Shown in pieces: positions 21,392-29,298 of a stretch of DNA of 64,000 bases. The stretch is from an uncultured archaeon (GTDB taxonomy: Archaea > Thermoplasmatota > Thermoplasmata > Thermoplasmatales > Thermoplasmataceae). The stretch covers positions 96,001 through 160,000 of the forward strand of contig CP009479.1 in assembly GCA_000965745.1 (NCBI GenBank), in the 5' to 3' direction. A model generated the notes under the pieces. The model saw only the letters and a program-made list of their open reading frames with translations, had not been told where the DNA came from and ran no database searches. Each line of letters opens with the position of its first letter. The first letter of the stretch is position 1. Both the position numbers and the translations under genes were made by a program.

Positions 21392-21559
21392 TCAGCTCAA
21401 TTTTCTGATGAGTATGTCGCCACTTTCTGACTGGTAAAAACCTATGATGTCGCCCTCGCCAGCCTCAATCCGATCCGCAATCCTTCTGGGCAGGGACATC
21501 CTAAGACTGCTGGAATTGGACACTCTGGTTGTCTCCACGAGTGTTGCATTTTCTGTCAT
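21392..21559 (-). CDS. AbrB/MazE/SpoVT-like DNA-binding protein (55 aa)
   Basis: TTRVSNSSSLRMSLPRRIADRIEAGEGDIIGFYQSESGDILIRK matches the swapped-hairpin pattern; a TTTTATAA box about 21-28 nt upstream of ATG 21559 supports a leaderless start. Confidence 0.8.
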   Translation of the reverse strand: MTENATLVETTRVSNSSSLRMSLPRRIADRIEAGEGDIIGFYQSESGDILIRKLS

Positions 21560-21579
21560 GTTGAAGAAATCATTATTCA

Positions 21580-21617
21580 TTATAAAAGTTATACTAGTAT
21601 AAATTATGGACATAATT
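21580..21617 (-). promoter_or_regulatory. AbrB-gene promoter: TATA box plus two abutting palindromes
   Basis: TATA at 21587-21580; perfect 14-bp palindrome TTATACTAGTATAA at 21589-21602; AATTATG-ga-CATAATT at 21602-21617. Confidence 0.55.
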
Positions 21618-21687
21618 GCATTACCTGAACAAAATCCCGCCAGATGTCCGGACCCTGTATACACAGCCGCGTAATGGCGTGATTGCA

Positions 21688-22062
21688 CTACATTGCCTCT
21701 GATTCCCTTGTGAGGTATTCACCCAGGGACGGCCCGAATATTTCCATCAGTTCCTCTTCTGTGTAGAGTTTCAGTATCTTGATTATATCGGGGTATAGTG
21801 GCTTGAATGGGGGGAGCTGTGACCGCCTGGACGCTGCATAGGCAATAACGTCCTCCGGCCTCACAGGCCTGTCCCCTATCCATATGTCCGTCGCACCAAG
21901 TGCATACTTGAACCATTCTTTAAATCTGGAAACCGTTTCTTCAGGGATGTTCATCACGTAGGATTCTACCTGGCCGGGGTTGCTCCTCCACTGGCCGTTT
22001 GCCTCTGATATCATGGAACGATACTCCGTCTCAACTATCCTGATGAAAAGAGTGCTCTCCAT
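21688..22062 (-). CDS. Hypothetical protein, paralogue B of 20685-21068
   Basis: 124-aa ORF from MESTLF preceded by an AT-rich TATA region; motif similarity to paralogue A. Confidence 0.72.
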   Translation of the reverse strand: MESTLFIRIVETEYRSMISEANGQWRSNPGQVESYVMNIPEETVSRFKEWFKYALGATDIWIGDRPVRPEDVIAYAASRRSQLPPFKPLYPDIIKILKLYTEEELMEIFGPSLGEYLTRESEAM

Positions 22063-22231
22063 GACATCTGTGACATTATTAACTTTAATAAAATTTCTGC
22101 AATTCAATATTAAATATAATAAGTAGACTAGTTGCCATGAATGTAATGATTTCCCTGATAACCACTCAACAGTATCTTTTAGCGCCTCCGTGATGAATTG
22201 CACTCGCTGGATGGCCGTGATTCCACCCGTT

Positions 22232-22876
22232 TCAGTCCCTGAAGTGCTCTTCCGCAAAGGAGGGCATTGCCTCTTCAACCCATTCCCTTCTTACCTTGCC
22301 GTTTGTGAATACAGCAGAGAGCAAAGGGCGGTTTTCCCTGTTTATAACAGCAAAAAGGTGCGAGAGAACGAAGAGAGCCAGCATGCCGGCACCAAGAATG
22401 TGAGCTATCAGGAACATATTGCTCCCCTCAGCATCAGCTCCCGTAATTATAAGGCCGAGTCCCCCGACCCCAAGCAGTATGAGGCCTGCTACCAGGAGCA
22501 GGAATGCATACGAGGCAAGTATATTGTGCCGCCCCATGTTCTTCCTGACCCTGCCCGGAATTCCTCTGCCGAAAAAATACCTGCCAATGATGGAAAATGC
22601 TTCCTTAATCTGGACCGTTACAGGCTTGTCCAGTGGTTCAATGATTCTTATCTTGCGCCTCTTCAGTACAGCATAGCCAGCGTAGGCTATGATCACAAAC
22701 CCCCAGAGAAGGCCGATCTCCCTGTGGAGTAGAAACATGTTGAGGGAGCCTCCTCCGCCTTCATCATCAAGCCCCAGCGCACTGTATAGCAAAAAACCTG
22801 ATCCTATGATCAGAAGGATATGGAAAATCCTGAATCCTGCGCTTATCAGGGTTACACGATCATTGAACCTGTACAT
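22232..22876 (-). CDS. Diheme cytochrome b (Ni/Fe-hydrogenase or formate-dehydrogenase b-subunit-like)
   Basis: Four TM helices with His at RIFH, LLHREIG, IAHILG and LSHLF; GRHN loop (GKYN-like); AVFTNGKV tail. Start placed at MYRFN. Confidence 0.8.
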   Translation of the reverse strand: MYRFNDRVTLISAGFRIFHILLIIGSGFLLYSALGLDDEGGGGSLNMFLLHREIGLLWGFVIIAYAGYAVLKRRKIRIIEPLDKPVTVQIKEAFSIIGRYFFGRGIPGRVRKNMGRHNILASYAFLLLVAGLILLGVGGLGLIITGADAEGSNMFLIAHILGAGMLALFVLSHLFAVINRENRPLLSAVFTNGKVRREWVEEAMPSFAEEHFRD

Positions 22877-23274
22877 ATGGAGCCCACGTTTTGTGGCAAT
22901 AAAATTGGCCGTACTTAACCATATTGGTACATTGTGCAGCGGCATACCTTGCCTTGCACATGCCAGGCGGTTCCTGCGTTCTGATCTTCGCATTCCACAG
23001 TATGGTCGCATTCCAGTGCGTTCATTCGATATATCTACACCGAAAAGTGTACATAGAACTTAAAAAAAGTTTTAATACTCGATAAACACTATTAATGTTA
23101 GAGGTACCTGAACATCTCTAAAAATCTCCTAAGAGCAAGTTAGCCCCATGCACTCCTGAAACGTATCAGCAAATGGTCGGCACACAGATGATCTTTACTA
23201 TGAGCGGCTGGCCTCGATCCCATTTTACCGTTGCTTGACGAGAAAACCCGGTTCAGATAATTGGAGGGAACAGT

Positions 23275-23520
23275 ATGAGTATAGAGGATATTTCCGCGTT
23301 TGAGAGCAGAGAGGTTAAGATGAAGCTTTGCGAGGTATGTGTCGATACGAGAGGGCTTGATCGGGCGATAGAAGACCAGGCATGGGTTTGCAGCAAATGC
23401 AACACCCCTCTCGTTGGGGAGATCATACATCTGCAGAGGTGTTACTCACCTGATGAGTGCACATATGAACACCTTCACCACGCTTGCTACGGCCAGATGG
23501 CAACGGAAATGATTACGTGA
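23275..23520 (+). CDS. Small Cys/His-rich zinc-finger protein (81 aa)
   Basis: GGAGGGA RBS; CxxC-x16-CxxC-x13-C-x5-C-x5-HxxC. Confidence 0.75.
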   Translation: MSIEDISAFESREVKMKLCEVCVDTRGLDRAIEDQAWVCSKCNTPLVGEIIHLQRCYSPDECTYEHLHHACYGQMATEMIT

Positions 23521-23589
23521 TTTACAAAACCTTATTTTTTCTCTCATAAAAGAGCATCGGGCCGTAAATGAATTATATCAGAGAGATAA

Positions 23590-23900
23590 ATGAAAGCTTA
23601 CGTTGAGGTTATCTACCTGGCGATCAGTCTTGTGTCAACGCTTTCAATTGTTTCCGGGATAACGGCAGTGAATATTCTTTTCAACGCTGTTCTTCCACCG
23701 AAGAATTTCAGCAGTCCACCTCCTGGATTTGTCAACAATGGCTATCCTCCGGTTAATTTCACCCCGGGGGAGAATGGTATAACTCCCTTCTGGCATTTCG
23801 GGTATATGCGTGCATCGTTATCAGAGCCAGCCTGGCTGTGATAGCCGTTATTGGCTTCATGATCGTGAAGGGGGAAAGGAGCGCTGCATCATCCACATGA
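23590..23900 (+). pseudogene. Small 2-TM membrane protein gene frameshifted at a C4G5 run
   Basis: TM1 plus a Pro/Asn-rich loop to NFTP. Adding one G in the run at 23766-23770 gives GEWYNSLLAFRVYACIVIRASLAVIAVIGFMIVKGERSAASST*, a clean second TM. Confidence 0.6.
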
Positions 23901-24080
23901 TTTCTGGAAAACGCACATAAGCCCGGAATGGATTGGATGCGCCATTACCCGGCCATACAGCTGCAGAAGGATAGCTGATGCCTTATCGTGAGTTTCCACA
24001 GGAAAATCTATACATGCTTCCGGCAAAATCTTTAAATGTGTTCCAATGAATTCATGATTAATCCTGTCTAGCAATTTGAA

Positions 24081-24581
24081 ATGATAGTCGTAACCAGCAA
24101 TGTGTTGAAGATTTTACAGGTATATCGTGTATTCCTCGCTGCCTTGGGGCTCACGTGGGTAGCCGTAGCTATAGGGGTCATACGGTCACTCAATGTAATT
24201 CAAGCCGGCCTCAATGCCTTTCAGAACTACTATGAAGCGTTCCTGATCGTATTCCTCTTTTACCTGGTATATGCTTCATTCTACGGAGTTTACAGGCTCT
24301 CAAGGCAGATTTCGGAGTACAACACAGTGAGCACTGTAATCGTGAAGCTGCAAACTGAGACCTTCCTTGCGGTCATGATCAACGTAGGAATCTCGAGTGT
24401 GATTGTGGACCACCTTGTTGAGATGTATGGGATTCAGGTGCATGCGGTGGTTCTGATCATAATGCTGATAGCTGCCTCCAGCTTCACCAGACATCCGTTC
24501 CTGAAGAGATTTGTGAACTTCTTCAGGAGGAGGATAGTGAAGGAGTATGAAGATTACACCTTTTCACCGGAGAACAAATGA
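24081..24581 (+). CDS. Hypothetical membrane protein (about 4 TM)
   Basis: 166-aa ORF with four hydrophobic segments and a basic cytoplasmic tail; start uncertain. Confidence 0.7.
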   Translation: MIVVTSNVLKILQVYRVFLAALGLTWVAVAIGVIRSLNVIQAGLNAFQNYYEAFLIVFLFYLVYASFYGVYRLSRQISEYNTVSTVIVKLQTETFLAVMINVGISSVIVDHLVEMYGIQVHAVVLIIMLIAASSFTRHPFLKRFVNFFRRRIVKEYEDYTFSPENK

Positions 24582-24908
24582 TCGTCCTATCCGGGCTCTG
24601 CCGGTTCACCGTACCCACGGACCTTTAACATGCCTGGTTGAGTCTTGTACCATCTGTCCAGTTCCCGTCATTCCCCTGTTTGCTATCAGGTTCCTTCCAG
24701 TGTTTCGGTGAGAAAGAAAAAATGAGAAATTGCCGGAGAATCACTGTTTTGTGTGTTCTCCTTGAATTTAGGACACCAACTTGTGGAATGAACAAATAAC
24801 ATTGTGGATTAGAACAAGTGTGATTCATGACTTCTTTGACAGACTAAGATTGTAACACGGGGGGCATTTGCCTGATTTATTTAGTCAAAGCCGTATAATA
24901 AAGGAGTC

Positions 24909-25226
24909 ATGCTTATTTTCCTGGGTGCATTATATCGTTATGGCTCCGAAGACTTATTCTATTTGTTTTCTGGAATTAGTATGACTGTTGTCGGAGCTAT
25001 TTCCAGCATTCTTAGTGTAAGATTTGTAACGGGTAACTCTGGTTCCGCAGGCTTCTAATTGTCTTTTTACCCCGTCAAAGTTTCTTTCAATGGCAATCTG
25101 GCGGTAACTGGGATTCCTGAGATATTACTGCCCTGGTTGATAATAGGGCTGGCATTGATAGGAGTGGGCGTAATTTTCTTTTGTACGCACTTGTTAAAAC
25201 AGGCACACAATGATAAATCAGCGTGA
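24909..25226 (+). pseudogene. Small 2-TM membrane protein gene with in-frame TAA at 25056-25058
   Basis: AAGGAG RBS; MLIFLG...SGISMTVVGAISSILSV...AGF*LSFYPV...PWLIIGLALIGVGVIFF...KSA*. Confidence 0.5.
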
Positions 25227-25318
25227 CTCTCGGCAACATATGAACATAGAAATGTGCTATAGTAAATTATAAAACACACTGAATGAGAATCAATAATTAT
25301 ACCTTTTCAAATCAGGGT

Positions 25319-25981
25319 ATGATGGAAGAAGCATTAGTGGTAGTCAATTTCAAGAATTATTCACAGTCCACCCTTGACAACTCCAGAAGAATGCTTGACA
25401 AATTCTCTAAAATCACCGTTCCACAGAACGTCAGGCTTGCGTTTGCAATCAGCCCGGTTGATCTCTGCCTTGCCGGGAAATTCCCCGATCTGAACATATT
25501 CTCACAGCACGCGGATGAGAATGACCCGGGCGCTGCAACAGGAAAGATGACAATTGAAGGACTCACTGGGCTTGGGATAAAGGGTTCCCTCCTGAACCAT
25601 TCGGAAAACAGGGTTCCGGAGAAAAAAATAGCCGCGACCATAGGCAAAGCGGGAAAATCAGGTTTCGAAATAATCTTGTGCGTCGGGAGTCCCGAAGAGG
25701 CGGAAAAATATGCCCCCCTCCGGCCATCTTATATTGCCTATGAGCCCCCGGAGCTTATTGGAGGAGACATTTCTGTCTCTACAGCCAGGCCGGAGATAAT
25801 TTCTGATGTTGTCGCAATCTGCTCTGGATACAGTGTCCCTGTTCTGGTGGGTGCGGGCATTAAAAACTGTGCTGATCTTAGAAAATCCATTGAACTCGGT
25901 GCCAGGGGAGTACTCATAGCATCAGGAATTGTCAAGTCTGAAGATCCTGTTGCCTCGTTAACTTCATTAATATCATCATAA
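25319..25981 (+). CDS. tpiA: Triosephosphate isomerase, archaeal type
   Basis: VNFKNY, SLLNHSENR, AYEPPELIG, LVGAGI, GVLIASG. Confidence 0.96.
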   Translation: MMEEALVVVNFKNYSQSTLDNSRRMLDKFSKITVPQNVRLAFAISPVDLCLAGKFPDLNIFSQHADENDPGAATGKMTIEGLTGLGIKGSLLNHSENRVPEKKIAATIGKAGKSGFEIILCVGSPEEAEKYAPLRPSYIAYEPPELIGGDISVSTARPEIISDVVAICSGYSVPVLVGAGIKNCADLRKSIELGARGVLIASGIVKSEDPVASLTSLISS

Positions 25982-25995
25982 TAACGCAGGGTAAA

Positions 25996-26718
25996 ATGCC
26001 AAAGAAGAAAGAAGAGCCCCTCTTCGTTGAACCAGAATTCAACGAGACAGAATTTATACGTGAAGAGAGAGAAAGAGCGAAGGCAGTGGTTGCCATATTT
26101 GTTATAGGCGCAGTCATAGGCCTTCTGTCAGGATATTTTAGTTTAATCGGGCTATGGTATTTTTCAATACTGCTCATCTTCATCTTCCTGCTTTTCCTGA
26201 GGATTATCCTCAATGCGCTAGGGATGCAGCTTCCCAAGAAAACGTCACACAAGATATTCCTTGTGGGTGAATTCATACTCACCTGGCTGATATTCTGGAT
26301 TCTCTTCCTCAACCCGCCGCTGCATGTGGTATCAGGTCCCCAGATATCCGATCTTCAGATGCAGACCTCCTCCGGATGGACAAATGTTCAGGAGCCAAAA
26401 CTGGACGTTTACAATCTGCCCGTATCGGATCACAGTGTAAGGCTCTACCTCAACTACAAGTACCCGATAACATCCGTTTCTGTCACGGAAGCTCAAGCGG
26501 GAAGTACGGCTAATGCTATCAAAGTGAATAGCAATTATGTGGGAGACCACGTGTACTTCAATATTAGCGGCAATGTTGGGCTGACAAATGTCTATGAAGT
26601 CACCGCGCATAGCGCCCAGGGGTCAAACACATATAAGTTCACGGTGAACTTCGTGGCCGCAACAAGCTCTATAGCACTTGCGGTCAATCCGAATCTTTTA
26701 AAAGCAGGTGTAGTGTAG
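25996..26718 (+). CDS. Hypothetical membrane protein with C-terminal extracellular beta domain
   Basis: PEFNETEFIREE, three TM segments, WILFLNPP; the stop codon lies inside the tRNA gene. Confidence 0.8.
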   Translation: MPKKKEEPLFVEPEFNETEFIREERERAKAVVAIFVIGAVIGLLSGYFSLIGLWYFSILLIFIFLLFLRIILNALGMQLPKKTSHKIFLVGEFILTWLIFWILFLNPPLHVVSGPQISDLQMQTSSGWTNVQEPKLDVYNLPVSDHSVRLYLNYKYPITSVSVTEAQAGSTANAIKVNSNYVGDHVYFNISGNVGLTNVYEVTAHSAQGSNTYKFTVNFVAATSSIALAVNPNLLKAGVV

Positions 26719-26778
26719 TCTGGTCTAGCACGAGAGCCTTCCAAGCTTTCAACCCGGGTTCGAATCCCGGCACCTGCA
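26704..26778 (+). tRNA. tRNA-Gly(TCC), no encoded CCA
   Basis: Acceptor stem GCAGGTG/CACCTGC plus discriminator A; D arm GTGTAGTCTGGTCTAGCAC; anticodon arm AGAGC-CTTCCAA-GCTTT; T arm CCGGG-TTCGAAT-CCCGG. Confidence 0.96.
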
Positions 26779-27138
26779 TTTCTTAATCTGTTTGGCTTTT
26801 TTGAACAGCAGAATATCATGCCTCTATCCAGGCTGGCTGATGAAGTTGTAAATATGGCCCCGGATGATTCTAGGGCGGATATAGCCGGGAATCTGCATTC
26901 CCAGACGATCAGAGAGATGTTCGGGGAAGGACCTTCCATTGAAGCTCTGGTGTGGGCAGGGGATCTCTAGAAGGCCTGGGATCGTGGGATCCAGGAAGCA
27001 TTCCAGGTTTCGTTACGGGGGACATATAAGCTTCCTACGCACCATTCCACGGAATGATCATCTGCTTGATGCATAAAAACAGCAATAAGTGCCAGAAGAG
27101 AAGGAAAATTAATAAACCATTCTTATTATAAAATTACT

Positions 27139-27591
27139 ATGACAGGAAAAAAATCCAATTTGGGCAACCCTCCTGATGGCCATTCTACAATTACCCCATA
27201 CCTGGTAGCGCACAGGCCCCATGACCTTATCAACTTCCTGGCTGAAGCCTTTGACGCTGTTGAAAAAGCAAGATACACGGCATCAGATGGCCGGCTTGAA
27301 TACGCAGAAATGGAGATAGGCGATTCCAAAATAATGATCAGTGAGGCAACAGCTTCAAACCCTGCTACCCCGTCAAACATAAATGTGTATGTAGAGGACG
27401 TTGATGCGGTGTTCAGTCGTGCCCTGAAAGCGGGCGGAACTTCTGAAAGTGACCCACAGGACCAGCCGCATGGGGAGAGAACTGGCGTAGTAAAGGATAG
27501 CACTGGCAATAAGTGGTTGATATCCACTCAGATAGAGAAGCTCACTGTTGATGAGATAAAGGAAAGGGTAAAGAAGGCTGAAACCGACTGA
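27139..27591 (+). CDS. VOC/glyoxalase family protein (PhnB-like)
   Basis: STITPYLV, AEMEIGDSKIMIS, YVEDVDAVFSRALKAG, GERTGVVKDSTGNKW. Confidence 0.9.
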   Translation: MTGKKSNLGNPPDGHSTITPYLVAHRPHDLINFLAEAFDAVEKARYTASDGRLEYAEMEIGDSKIMISEATASNPATPSNINVYVEDVDAVFSRALKAGGTSESDPQDQPHGERTGVVKDSTGNKWLISTQIEKLTVDEIKERVKKAETD

Positions 27592-27741
27592 TTCCGGCTG
27601 AAAGCGTTCACTCTGCCCCGCTGGCGCTTTATCGGAGATTTATATTCCCTGTGCCTTGGTGGTTTTAGTTTCCCTGTGTATAACTAAGGGTATTATACTC
27701 AGTATACATTTTGAGAAGTCAAACAGGATTCAGGTGTTGTT

Positions 27742-29253
27742 ATGATCACGATTAATGGTGATTCCCTTACCGTAAAACAGGTGTATGATGTTGCTGTCAA
27801 CAGGGAGCAGGTTGAGCTTTCTGAAGAGGCTGTGGAGAAGATCAGAAAATCAAGGGACAGGCTGGTAGCAAAGCTGGAGGAGGGAAAACCCATCTATGGC
27901 GTTAACACAGGATTTGGAAGCCTGTTGAACGTATCAATACCCCAGGAGAAGATCATACAGCTGCAGAAGAACCTCATAAGGAGCCATTCTTCTGGAGTGG
28001 GCGAACCACTCCCCGACGAGCATGTGAGGGCCATCATGGTCGTCCGGGCCAACAACCTCTCGAAGGGATACTCCGGTGTCAGGGTTGAGCTTGTCCAGAT
28101 GGTCATCAATATGCTCAACAGAGGAATACACCCCATAGTCCCAAGATTTGGTTCTGTTGGAGCCAGCGGAGACCTGGCACCTCTCGCCCATATTGCACTC
28201 TGCATGATGGGTGAAGGGAAGGTCAAGTACAACAACAATGCAACGGAAGCGCAGGAAGTATTCACCGAACTCTCCATTGCCCCGCATGAGTTTGTAGAGA
28301 AAGAGGGCGTGGCCTTTATCAACGGAACCTCAGCGATTTCAGGGATCCTTTCGGTAGAACTGCACAGATCATACGAGATGTTCAGGAATTCAATCCTTTC
28401 TGCATCACTGTCGTTCGAAGGGCTTAAGGGAACCGACAGGGCGATCAGGGAATGGGCGATGAAGGTGAGGCCTTACAGGGGCCAGGAACTTGTTTCCAAG
28501 TCGCTGAGAGAGCTCATTAAAGACAGTGAAATCATAAGGAAATCAAGCGAACGGAAGGTGCAGGATGCATACAGCCTCAGATGCATCCCCCAGGTTTACG
28601 GGGCGGTCCTCGATACGCTCGATTATGGACGGTCTGTTCTCTCTACCGAGATAAATTCTGCAACTGACAACCCGCTGATCGGTGAGGAGGAAATAATTTC
28701 CGCAGGCAATTTCCACGGCGAGCCGGTTTCCCTGATATGTGACTTCGTTGCGATCGCATTGACAGACCTGGGCAACATCATAGAAAGAAGGATAGCGAGA
28801 ATAGTCGATGCAAGCCTGAGCGGGCTTCCGCCGTTCCTGGTTTCAAACAGCGGCTACAACTCCGGGTATATGATACCGCAATACACGGCCGCTGCATTGT
28901 GCAACAGGAACAAGACGCTTTCAATGCCTTCTACAGCAGACAACATACCCACGTCTGCAAACCAGGAGGACCATGTGAGCATGGGGGCCAACGCCGCAAT
29001 AAAACTTTCAGAGGTAGTGGCAAATCTTCAGCAGATTGTTGCCATAGAATACCTTCTCGGCGCCCAGTCACTTGAATTTGCCCTAGATTCACCTTCCCCG
29101 AATACCACCGCGATATGGAAGAAGATAAGGGAGCAGGTTCCGGCACTGGAAGAGGACAGGGCGCACTACGCGGATATTGAAAAAATTGCGGAAATGATGA
29201 GAAAGGGTGAGATCCTTTCAGAGCTCAGCTACCTGGAGAGCCTTTACTTCTAG
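27742..29253 (+). CDS. hutH: Histidine ammonia-lyase
   Basis: YGVNTGFG, LIRSH (His specificity), GSVGASGDLAPL (MIO-forming ASG), VQDAYSLRC, GNFHGEP, SANQEDHVSMG. Confidence 0.95.
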   Translation: MITINGDSLTVKQVYDVAVNREQVELSEEAVEKIRKSRDRLVAKLEEGKPIYGVNTGFGSLLNVSIPQEKIIQLQKNLIRSHSSGVGEPLPDEHVRAIMVVRANNLSKGYSGVRVELVQMVINMLNRGIHPIVPRFGSVGASGDLAPLAHIALCMMGEGKVKYNNNATEAQEVFTELSIAPHEFVEKEGVAFINGTSAISGILSVELHRSYEMFRNSILSASLSFEGLKGTDRAIREWAMKVRPYRGQELVSKSLRELIKDSEIIRKSSERKVQDAYSLRCIPQVYGAVLDTLDYGRSVLSTEINSATDNPLIGEEEIISAGNFHGEPVSLICDFVAIALTDLGNIIERRIARIVDASLSGLPPFLVSNSGYNSGYMIPQYTAAALCNRNKTLSMPSTADNIPTSANQEDHVSMGANAAIKLSEVVANLQQIVAIEYLLGAQSLEFALDSPSPNTTAIWKKIREQVPALEEDRAHYADIEKIAEMMRKGEILSELSYLESLYF

Positions 29254-29298
29254 CCGGACACGACCAAATTATATATATTCATTTTAGCTGAAGGTTTA

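Noticed and set aside
24590-24900. Intergenic stretch with short inverted repeats (CTTTGAC...GTCAAAG)
   Set aside because: Repeats are only 6-7 bp in AT-rich DNA; no MITE-like ends or coding signal could be supported.
26818-27057. Short frame with an internal TAG downstream of tRNA-Gly; possible integrated-element remnant
   Set aside because: No recognisable family, no integrase, and no duplicated tRNA 3' end (att site) found in the window.
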